Positions 9,412-21,014 of a stretch of 53,622 bases of DNA are shown piece after piece. Source of the stretch: Chitinophagales bacterium (GTDB taxonomy: Bacteria > Bacteroidota > Bacteroidia > Chitinophagales > Chitinophagaceae); contig JAGVCC010000110.1 in the NCBI GenBank assembly GCA_020059395.1, positions 1 through 53,622 of the forward strand, in the 5' to 3' direction. Both the position numbers and the translations under genes were made by a program. Numbering within the stretch: the first letter of the stretch is position 1; each line of letters starts with the position of its first letter. Below the pieces are notes generated by a model. That model worked only from the letters and a program-made list of their open reading frames with translations, searched no databases and was not told where the DNA came from.

Positions 9412-11004
9412 ATGAAAAAATTAATATATACTTTATTGATAATCGCAATCGTTGCGTCGTGCAGTAAATCTAAATTGGAGTTGGTAAATCCTAACGATGT
9501 GCAAGCCATCAATTTTTGGAAAACTGAAACTGATGCCTTACAGGGAGTGTTGGGTGTTTATGACGCTATGCAAAATGATAACTTGGCAGGAAGTCAGTAT
9601 TTCCGCTTAGATGTAATGACAGATAATTTAACAACAAATACTAATTCCGACAGTTGGCTTGACCTGAGAAATTTTGCAGGCACCGGGCAAAGTGCAAGGG
9701 TAATAGGTTTTTGGCGTTGGTGGTACACCGTTATAAACAGAGCTAACCTTGTAATTGATAAAGTTGGTACAATGCCAGTAGGCTCTTTGCCAGATGCAAG
9801 CCGTGCAAGAATTATTGCCGAGGCAAGATTTTTACGTGCCTATGCTTATCATGAACTTATTATGATTTATCAGGGGGTGCCTTATTATACAAAGCCTAAT
9901 GAAGCATTAAGCGAGGGCATTGCTCCCATCAAAGGCGGTTTAATTGCTGATTCTCTAATAAATGATTTAAACAATAACATTATCCCAAACATGCCTGTAA
10001 CAGATGCGGATGGAAAAGGCCGTGCCACCAAAGGCGCAGCTGTTGCGCTGCTTGGCAAACTCTATATGGCCAAACAGGATTTTGTCAATGCAAAAGCAAC
10101 ATTAAGTTTGTTAAAGCAGTCACCCTATTCGTATGCTTTGTATTCTAATTATGCAAAACTTTTTACTCCAGAAGATGAGTTTAATACTGAAGCTATTTTT
10201 CAGGTAAATTTTTCCGCAAGCCAGTTAGATGGTGGTGAAGGATTTTCTTATAGAATTGATACTACAACTAATCCGGCTGTAACACCATTTGGTGCACCTC
10301 GTAATTCATATCAGGTAGTAAACCAGTTCAGGGATTCTTATTTATATACCGATGGCAGACCTAGAACAACTAGTACCATTTACGGAACTGTTTCTCCATT
10401 GGTTAATACAAACAGTCAGGCTATTAACCGAGACCCACGTTATAGAACGACATTTTTCAATAACCTCGATACTACAGTAAGCCGTAAAAAATTCTGGAAT
10501 TTTACATCTACTGGTGTAGCGTTTCCTTCGACTGCAAATGCGGGAGCTGTTGCTGTAAAAAAATATTTCTTTATTTCTCCAATAGTTTATACTAACGGTA
10601 ATCCACAAAATTATTATTTGATACGATATGCAGATGTGTTACTGATGCTCGCCGAAGCTCAATTAGAAGTTAATTCTGCAGACCCCGATATCTATACCAA
10701 TTTACAATTAATTCGTAATAGAGCAGGTGTAACTATGTTTACACCAGCTGCTTGGGCAGCCCTTTCTACCGCAGATAAGCGAACCGCAATCCGTGATGAA
10801 AGAAGATGGGAGTTTGGGTTTGAACATGTACGTTTCTTCGATTTTAGAAGATGGGGTGCCGCATATACTAAACAAAGGTTAACAGCCATAAATACCGCTA
10901 TACCTGCAAGTACACCAGATGTGGCTTTTGTACAATGGCCTTATCCGCAACAGGAACTGGATAACAACCCGGCTTTGAAGGCTACTGGTAATCCCGGATG
11001 GTAA
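9412..11004 (+). CDS. susD: SusD/RagB surface glycan-binding lipoprotein
   Basis: ATG at 9412, lipobox VASC; EARFLRAYAY, RYADVLLMLAEA, ERRWEFGFE, RFFDFRRWG. Confidence 0.96.
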   Translation: MKKLIYTLLIIAIVASCSKSKLELVNPNDVQAINFWKTETDALQGVLGVYDAMQNDNLAGSQYFRLDVMTDNLTTNTNSDSWLDLRNFAGTGQSARVIGFWRWWYTVINRANLVIDKVGTMPVGSLPDASRARIIAEARFLRAYAYHELIMIYQGVPYYTKPNEALSEGIAPIKGGLIADSLINDLNNNIIPNMPVTDADGKGRATKGAAVALLGKLYMAKQDFVNAKATLSLLKQSPYSYALYSNYAKLFTPEDEFNTEAIFQVNFSASQLDGGEGFSYRIDTTTNPAVTPFGAPRNSYQVVNQFRDSYLYTDGRPRTTSTIYGTVSPLVNTNSQAINRDPRYRTTFFNNLDTTVSRKKFWNFTSTGVAFPSTANAGAVAVKKYFFISPIVYTNGNPQNYYLIRYADVLLMLAEAQLEVNSADPDIYTNLQLIRNRAGVTMFTPAAWAALSTADKRTAIRDERRWEFGFEHVRFFDFRRWGAAYTKQRLTAINTAIPASTPDVAFVQWPYPQQELDNNPALKATGNPGW

Positions 11005-11053
11005 AATATTTTCGTTATCATACAATGTTCAAAAAGTAATCGTGTAAACATAT

Positions 11054-11083
11054 AGGCCGGTTGAAACATACCGGCTTTATTTT
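11054..11083 (+). terminator. Stem-loop after susD (terminator or mRNA-stabilising hairpin)
   Basis: AGGCCGGT-N8-ACCGGCTT followed by TATTTT. Confidence 0.55.
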
Positions 11084-11089
11084 CCATAA

Positions 11090-14215
<3,126 letters not shown>

Positions 14216-14244
14216 ACAAATAGTCATTTGAATAAACGCTGAAT

Positions 14245-15732
14245 ATGAATGATTGGAGAAAAATAATTTTAATCTTGCTTTTGCTCCCGTTGTGCGTTTT
14301 TACAAAAGCACAATCTTCAAAGCCCAACATCATCTACATACTGGCTGATGATTTAGGGTATGGTGATGTGGGTTGTTACGGACAAACAATTATCCGCACA
14401 CCCAACATTGATGCAATGGCAGCAGCAGGAATGAAATTTAAGCAGCATTATGCAGGAGCCCCTGTTTGTGCACCATCAAGAGCCGTATTGATGACGGGAA
14501 GAGATGCAGGTCATGCAAGAGTACGGGGTAATTATGAAAGTGGTCCCAATGGTTTTGGTGCCGGGCTTGAATTAAAACCCGAAGAAATTACCATTGCAGA
14601 AGTTTTAAAGCAAAGAGGATATACAACGGGTGTTGTTGGCAAATGGGGATTGGGTGTGGAAGGCACTACAGGCGAACCAAATAAGCAGGGCTTTGATTAC
14701 AGTTATGGTTTTTTAAACCAGGGTCATGCACATTACCAGTTTCCTGATTATTTATTCCGCAATGGAAAACGTATTGAAATTGAAGGAAACAAAAATGGTG
14801 TACGTAAATCATATACCAATAATTTGTTTACGGATGAAGCCATTCAGTTTGCAAGAAACAATCAAACCAAACCTTTCTTTTTGTACCTGTCTTATACTAC
14901 ACCACATGCTGAATTGTTAGTGCCGGATGATTCCATTTTTAACAGTTACAAAGGAAAGTTTGCAGAGAAGTCTTATAAAAAAAATCATCAGGGCGGTGCA
15001 AACGGTAATGGTAGTTTTGGTTCTTACAGTGCACAGGAATTTCCCAATGCGGCTTATGCTGCTTCTATCACTCACCTTGATATGTGTATTGGCAAACTCA
15101 TCGCTTATCTTAAAGCAAATAATTTATTTGAAAACACTTTGATTATTTTCAGCAGTGATAATGGCCCAGCAAAAGAAGGCGGCGCCGACCCTGCTTATTT
15201 CAACAGCAGCGGTGGCTTAAGAGGTAAGAAAAGAGATGTGTATGAAGGTGGCATCAGGGTGCCCATGATTGCAGTGTGGCCTAAGCAAATTGAAAATAAA
15301 ACCGTAAGTGATTTGAAAAGCGGTTTCCAGGATGTAATGATTACACTGGCAGACGTAAGCGGTAAGCCATTGGAAAAAACAATTGTAACGGAAGGAATTT
15401 CTTTTTATCCAACCTTAACCGGCAAAAAAAGAGCACAGGTAAAACATGCGTATCTCTACTGGGAGTTTCATGAAAATAGAACAAGTGACCAGGCGATTCT
15501 TATGGGCAACTGGAAAGCCATCCGCCATGCGCCTGACAGTGCTGTTGAAATATACAACCTTAAGTCTGACAGTGCAGAGCAAAACAATGTAGCAGCACAA
15601 AACAAATCAATAGTGCTTAAAATGGCACAGCTTATGAAAAAAGCAAGAACCCATCATGAGCTTTGGCCATTAAAAACAAATGCAGAAGCGGTACTCAAAA
15701 AGAAAATGAAAAAGGAAGCAAACGAAGAGTAA
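14245..15732 (+). CDS. Cys-type S1 arylsulfatase (S1_20-like by inference)
   Basis: PNIIYILADDLG, HYAGAPVCAPSR, GHARVRGN, GKWGLG, YLYWEF; signal peptide. Confidence 0.94.
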   Translation: MNDWRKIILILLLLPLCVFTKAQSSKPNIIYILADDLGYGDVGCYGQTIIRTPNIDAMAAAGMKFKQHYAGAPVCAPSRAVLMTGRDAGHARVRGNYESGPNGFGAGLELKPEEITIAEVLKQRGYTTGVVGKWGLGVEGTTGEPNKQGFDYSYGFLNQGHAHYQFPDYLFRNGKRIEIEGNKNGVRKSYTNNLFTDEAIQFARNNQTKPFFLYLSYTTPHAELLVPDDSIFNSYKGKFAEKSYKKNHQGGANGNGSFGSYSAQEFPNAAYAASITHLDMCIGKLIAYLKANNLFENTLIIFSSDNGPAKEGGADPAYFNSSGGLRGKKRDVYEGGIRVPMIAVWPKQIENKTVSDLKSGFQDVMITLADVSGKPLEKTIVTEGISFYPTLTGKKRAQVKHAYLYWEFHENRTSDQAILMGNWKAIRHAPDSAVEIYNLKSDSAEQNNVAAQNKSIVLKMAQLMKKARTHHELWPLKTNAEAVLKKKMKKEANEE

Positions 15733-15770
15733 ACATTTAAGTCATACAATTATTTCTTAAACAAACACAA

Positions 15771-16106
15771 ATGAAACAATTTTTTATGTTGATGCTGGCA
15801 ACTGTTTTTACCGGCACTATGCTGCAGGCACAGGCGCAGCCAAAACAAAAGCCATTTTGGGTAAAAGAAAATATGGATACAATTGGTATTAAACCTGAAG
15901 TGCAGGAAAAAATTACTGTCATAAAAGATAAAGCAAATGAAGAGATAAAGCTGGTTCGTAAAGATGAAAAGCTTGGCGAAGAGGAAAAGAAGGCAAAAGT
16001 GAAAGCGCTCAATAAAAAGAAAGAAGATGATATAATGGCTTTGCTTTCACCTGATGTAAAACAAAAAGTAAAAGAACTGAAAAAAAAACTGAAGGAAGAT
16101 AACTGA
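15771..16106 (+). CDS. Small secreted Lys/Glu-rich helical protein (Spy/CpxP-like character)
   Basis: Signal peptide ending AQA, highly charged helical body, in operon orientation between two sulfatases. Confidence 0.8.
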   Translation: MKQFFMLMLATVFTGTMLQAQAQPKQKPFWVKENMDTIGIKPEVQEKITVIKDKANEEIKLVRKDEKLGEEEKKAKVKALNKKKEDDIMALLSPDVKQKVKELKKKLKEDN

Positions 16107-16130
16107 TATCTCTTTGAATCAAAGCCATCC

Positions 16131-16164
16131 GGAATAGTTTTTGAAAAACAGCCATTCCATTTTT
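16131..16164 (+). terminator. Imperfect hairpin after the small secreted protein
   Basis: GGAATAGTT...AGCCATTCC followed by ATTTTT; one mismatch in the stem. Confidence 0.3.
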
Positions 16165-16181
16165 GGGTATAAACAAAAGTA

Positions 16182-18098
16182 ATGTTGCATCGTAAAACAG
16201 AAAGTTGGATAAAGAAAGCAAGCCAAGTATGGTTGCTGTTTATGAGTAGTGCAGCTATAGCGCAGCACCCCAATATTGTTTGGATAACCATTGAAGATAC
16301 TTCGCCAGATTTTATTGGGTGTTATGGAAACAAACAAGTAAAAACACCCAATATTGATGGATTGGCAGCAGAAGGGATTCTTTTTACAAACGCATACAGT
16401 ACCAATACAGTTTGTTCTCCATCACGCCACACCATCATCACTGGAGTAAGAACTGTGGAGGACGGCTGCGGCAATCATAGAAGTACGTTCAAAATACCCG
16501 AATATGTTAAAGGGTTTGCTTCTTATTTAAAAACAGCCGGCTACTTTACTTCTAATAATCAAAAAACTGATTACAATATTGCTGACTCAAAAAGTTTTAT
16601 TGCGCAAAATTGGACTATGCAAGGGGGGAAGGCTGATTTTACCAAACGGGAAAATAAAGCGCAACCATTTTTTTCTATCTTCAACTTCAATGAATCCCAT
16701 CAGAGCCGTACGGTAGGCAATACAAAAGACTGGTACGAGAAAAATATTCTTAATCAACTTACTCCAGATGAAATTATTAAACCAGAAGGGTTGGAAGTGC
16801 CTCCTTTTTATAAAAACAACGACAATAACCGCAAGAATATAGCAAGATTGTATAATGCCCTGCAGGTAACTGATAAAAAAGTGGGCAATATTATTCAATT
16901 GATAAAAGATGCTGGCGAATGGGAAAATACAATCGTGTTTTTCTTTAGCGATCACGGACAAGGTATGCCACGTTTTAAAACTAACAGTTCAAGGCTTGGG
17001 GCTCAAGTGCCTATGGTGGTTCGCATTCCGGAAAAGTTAAAACATCTCTTTAGTCTTTCACCATCAAACCGCTTTGATGAATTAGTTACTTTTGAAGATT
17101 TGGCACCAACAATTATAAGTATAGCCACCAATGAGCAAAAGCTCGATTATATGAAAGGCCGAATATTTATGGGGGCTAAAAAAGAAAAAACGGATAGTAT
17201 ATTTTGGTGTAGCCGTGATAATACTGATGAAGTAATTGATATGGGCCGTACAGTTATTAAAGGCGATTTTGTTTATACAAGAATTTACTATCCTCATCTT
17301 GCTGTACTTCAACAACAGGCGTATTACAATCGCAGCGAAATGTTGGTACAAATGCGTTCCGATTTTAAAAATCAAACACTCGACAGTTTGCAGGCTTCTA
17401 TTTTTATGCCACGTAGTGCGGAGTATTTGTTTAATAAAAAAACAGACAAGTGGGAAACTATTAACCTGGCCGACGATAAAAAATATGTAACATTATTAAA
17501 TGAAATGCGCAACTTGTTAAAGCAAAAGCAATTGCAGTATGCTGATATGGGTTTTATACCAGAAACAGTACTGGCACAAATAAATATCAATAACGTACTG
17601 CTCAACTGGAAACAAAAAAATTATGATGTTAATAAATACCGCAATGTAGCGGAAATGGTAGGACGTGGCAAAACATTTCTTCACCAGCAGTTGAAATTGC
17701 TGAATGATAAAGATAGCCTTATCCGTTACTGGGCTATTATTGGTTTACGTAATCAGCAAACAAAAGACCTTAATCAAACAATTCTTCAAAAAGCTTTTGC
17801 AAATGAAAAATCAGATTTTGTAAAAGTAGAAATGGCAGAAATGATGTATCATCATTTTCAACAGGAGCAATATTTGCTAATTTTGGCAGATGTAATTTCT
17901 AATAGTAACAATGCATATGTTGTTAGACAAGCTGCTATGAAACTTGCAAACAATGAAAACCTTCCTGAAAATATCACTCAGAAAATAAAGGAAGTAAAAG
18001 ACTTAGTTATAGCTAAGCATAAGGGAGAGATAAACTATCCAATTCGTGCAGCTTTGGGTACCATTTTAAAACTAAGAGTAGAGGACGATGGCAATTGA
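16182..18098 (+). CDS. Cys-type S1 sulfatase (S1_8-like by inference) with C-terminal HEAT-like helical repeats
   Basis: PNIVWITIED, CSPSR, SDHGQGMPR; tail LLNDKDSLIRYWAIIGL...VVRQAAMKL. Confidence 0.9.
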   Translation: MLHRKTESWIKKASQVWLLFMSSAAIAQHPNIVWITIEDTSPDFIGCYGNKQVKTPNIDGLAAEGILFTNAYSTNTVCSPSRHTIITGVRTVEDGCGNHRSTFKIPEYVKGFASYLKTAGYFTSNNQKTDYNIADSKSFIAQNWTMQGGKADFTKRENKAQPFFSIFNFNESHQSRTVGNTKDWYEKNILNQLTPDEIIKPEGLEVPPFYKNNDNNRKNIARLYNALQVTDKKVGNIIQLIKDAGEWENTIVFFFSDHGQGMPRFKTNSSRLGAQVPMVVRIPEKLKHLFSLSPSNRFDELVTFEDLAPTIISIATNEQKLDYMKGRIFMGAKKEKTDSIFWCSRDNTDEVIDMGRTVIKGDFVYTRIYYPHLAVLQQQAYYNRSEMLVQMRSDFKNQTLDSLQASIFMPRSAEYLFNKKTDKWETINLADDKKYVTLLNEMRNLLKQKQLQYADMGFIPETVLAQININNVLLNWKQKNYDVNKYRNVAEMVGRGKTFLHQQLKLLNDKDSLIRYWAIIGLRNQQTKDLNQTILQKAFANEKSDFVKVEMAEMMYHHFQQEQYLLILADVISNSNNAYVVRQAAMKLANNENLPENITQKIKEVKDLVIAKHKGEINYPIRAALGTILKLRVEDDGN

Positions 18099-18241
18099 AA
18101 AATCGGTTAGTAATTATTTGAATATTTTTTAAATCGACTTGTCTTAGAAGATTTTCGTGAGTCAAATGAATTCCCTAATTAATATCGAGTATAAACGGTA
18201 AAATTTAAAAATATTTTTATAATTCAGAGGGTTGAAAATAA

Positions 18242-19564
18242 ATGATTAACCAAATTCTAACGCTGAAAATTTTCCTGCTTTCCTTTTATTGTTTTTCCTG
18301 CACAAAGAAAAATAGTTTAGTAACACCGCCGCAACAGCAGCCACCTGTTGTATTGCCAACTGCAACAATTGATGCAAATAATACAAAGCATCAAATTATT
18401 TTTAAGGGCGGCGATATGGAACGATGCGACAATGCTGTTCAAAATTCCGCAAATAAAACTGAAATTATTAAATGGGCTTTTGGTGATATTCCATTTAATG
18501 CTTTCTACAGCGGTACAGTGCAGAGTATGAAAGATATTAAGGCTGTAAACAAAACTATAAAATGTATGGCCAGTATGGGATGTGATTATGAAGGGTTTAA
18601 CCAGGTTGATACCAATAATTTACCGGTATGGATTTATAACAGGCAAACAAAAATTTTGAACCTGCCGAAGTATGGTAAATTTTTAGCAAACTATCTGGAA
18701 TATATGAAGCTGCAGGGAGTACCCATTGATTATTTAAGTACCGCCAAAGAATGGACATCAGTTGTTAAACCCGATTCTGTAGTAAAATTGATTAATATTT
18801 TAAAAACTGAATTGTTTGAAAAAGGTGTTGCTATGCCATTAATTATGGACCCTGCTTCATGGAGTATTACTAGTGGTATTGATTATGTAAACCGTTTAAA
18901 GCAGTTGGGTGAAACTGGTCAAGTGTTTGCGTTTTGCACACATAACTACAATACCTCTGAAACAAAAAATTACAAAAACTTTTTTAATGCAGTAGCAGCA
19001 ACTGGCAAGCTCGCTTTTCATGATGAGACGAATACAGGCGGCGGCAGATTTACTCCTTCAGGAATTAACCCGCCTATAACGTCATTACTTAGTGCATATA
19101 AAAAAAGGGTGGAAATGTATGAATCAGGCTGTGCTGGTGAAATATTTTTTGAATTGTGGAGCCGAGGGGTTAATGCAGAAAGCAGAAGTATTTATTTCGC
19201 AAACAATGGAACAGGAGAAAGACGAAGAGCTTATTACTTAATGAAAGATTTTGCAACGGGCGCTGTAAACAGCAATTACATTCCGCTTGCATTTACAAAT
19301 AGTACAGGTATTACAGGTATGGCATTTAAAAAAAATAAGCAATTGTTTGTATGGCTTATCAATTCATCTAAGTCAAATATAACAAGTTTTAAAATCAGTG
19401 TTGGTAACGCTACTATGAGTGGTACAGTTCCAAAAACGAACTGGCGGGAAGCAACTCAGGATGCAGGTGAGCAATCATCTATATCCGCATCAACTAATGG
19501 AAAAGAATTGGTAACAGAACTGATAGCAGAAAGTATTGCTTTTTTAAAAATCACAATACAATAA
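18242..19564 (+). CDS. Lipoprotein, putative GH30-like (clan GH-A) glycoside hydrolase
   Basis: Lipobox CFSC plus Pro/Gln linker; GVPIDYLSTAKEW and FHDETN at the expected acid/base and nucleophile positions; C-terminal beta-sandwich. Family is inferred. Confidence 0.6.
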   Translation: MINQILTLKIFLLSFYCFSCTKKNSLVTPPQQQPPVVLPTATIDANNTKHQIIFKGGDMERCDNAVQNSANKTEIIKWAFGDIPFNAFYSGTVQSMKDIKAVNKTIKCMASMGCDYEGFNQVDTNNLPVWIYNRQTKILNLPKYGKFLANYLEYMKLQGVPIDYLSTAKEWTSVVKPDSVVKLINILKTELFEKGVAMPLIMDPASWSITSGIDYVNRLKQLGETGQVFAFCTHNYNTSETKNYKNFFNAVAATGKLAFHDETNTGGGRFTPSGINPPITSLLSAYKKRVEMYESGCAGEIFFELWSRGVNAESRSIYFANNGTGERRRAYYLMKDFATGAVNSNYIPLAFTNSTGITGMAFKKNKQLFVWLINSSKSNITSFKISVGNATMSGTVPKTNWREATQDAGEQSSISASTNGKELVTELIAESIAFLKITIQ

Positions 19565-19567
19565 AAA

Positions 19568-21001
19568 ATGACTGGGTTGAAAAAAATAAGTATCTTATTT
19601 ATTGCACTTATATATCTGGCATTGCAGCTTGCTGCACAGAAACAAAAACCAAACATCATTTTAATTTTTGCAGATGATTTGGGTTATAAAGATGTGGGCT
19701 TTACAGGGAGCAAAATTTTTGAAACGCCAAACCTTGATGTACTTGCAAAAAAAGGAATGGTTTTTAATAACGCATATGCAGGTGCTGGTAATTGTGCACC
19801 GTCGAGAGCTTGTTTAATTAGTGGCAAATACGCACCATCTCATGGTGTGTATGGAGTGGGCAGCACAACTGGAGGGCCGAAAAAAGAAATGAAAGTTATA
19901 CCCGTGCCTAATACCAATTACTTGGCATCTTCATTTATTACAATTGCTGAAGCGATGCAGGAAGAGGGTTATACAACAGGGTTGTTTGGCAAATGGCATC
20001 TTTCATCTATTAAAGTGAAAGGCGCATTGCCAACAGAGCAAGGTTTTAATGTTTTTTTTGATAGCAGAAAAGACAACCCTAATAAAAAAAGAGAACAGCT
20101 TAAAGACCCAAAAGGCATTTATTCATTAACCGATTCAGCTATTGCATTTATGCAGCGCAATCAGCATAAGCCGTTTTTTACTTTTTTATCGCACCATGCC
20201 ATTCATTCAAATATTGAAGCAAAACCCGAAACCATTGAGCGGTTTAAAAAGCAAGGTCTGGATAATAAAACTGCATTATACGCAGCTTGTATTTTTGATT
20301 TGGATGAAAGCATCGGTTTGTTAACGGATTGGTTACAAAAATTTGGGCTTGATAAAAATACACTGCTGATTTTTACAAGTGATAATAGTGCCACACAACA
20401 ATCAACACAGGAACCACTGCGTGGTAATAAAGGTGGATATTATGAAGGAGGTATTAAGGAGCCTTTCCTTGCTTTCTGGCCGGGCAAAATAAAAGAAGGC
20501 ACCGTAAATAATACACCTATTATCAATTTAGATTTATATCCTACTTTTTTATCCCTTGCTGGTATCAATAAAACAAATGTTGATGGCGAATACCTTTTGC
20601 CTTTATTTTTAAGCGAAGCCTCAGCAACAAAACGTAAAAGTATTTTCTGGCATTTTCCTGGTTATTTAAATGAGCCTGTTATCCGTGGCCGAGATAGCAT
20701 TTTTCGTACAAGGCCTGTAACGGCCATGCGTAAAGGCTATTGGAAAATTCTTCTATACCATGAAGAATGGCTATTGAATGGCGGGCAAAAAAATATTGAC
20801 AACAACAATGCAGTGGAAATTTATAATTTAAAAGAAGATGATGGAGAAAGAAAGAACTTGGCAAACTTAAATAAAAAGAAACGCAACGAATTGCTGAAAG
20901 AAGTGTTTGCATGGATGAAAACCACCGGTGCAAAATGGCCAACATTAATAAGTGAAGAAAATAAATTGAATGATCGTGATGGTGGGGATAATGATAATTA
21001 A
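19568..21001 (+). CDS. Cys-type S1 sulfatase (S1_16-like by inference)
   Basis: PNIILIFADDLG, CAPSR, GKWH, SDN, FWHFPGY; signal peptide. Confidence 0.93.
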   Translation: MTGLKKISILFIALIYLALQLAAQKQKPNIILIFADDLGYKDVGFTGSKIFETPNLDVLAKKGMVFNNAYAGAGNCAPSRACLISGKYAPSHGVYGVGSTTGGPKKEMKVIPVPNTNYLASSFITIAEAMQEEGYTTGLFGKWHLSSIKVKGALPTEQGFNVFFDSRKDNPNKKREQLKDPKGIYSLTDSAIAFMQRNQHKPFFTFLSHHAIHSNIEAKPETIERFKKQGLDNKTALYAACIFDLDESIGLLTDWLQKFGLDKNTLLIFTSDNSATQQSTQEPLRGNKGGYYEGGIKEPFLAFWPGKIKEGTVNNTPIINLDLYPTFLSLAGINKTNVDGEYLLPLFLSEASATKRKSIFWHFPGYLNEPVIRGRDSIFRTRPVTAMRKGYWKILLYHEEWLLNGGQKNIDNNNAVEIYNLKEDDGERKNLANLNKKKRNELLKEVFAWMKTTGAKWPTLISEENKLNDRDGGDNDN

Positions 21002-21014
21002 AAAAAAGATAATA

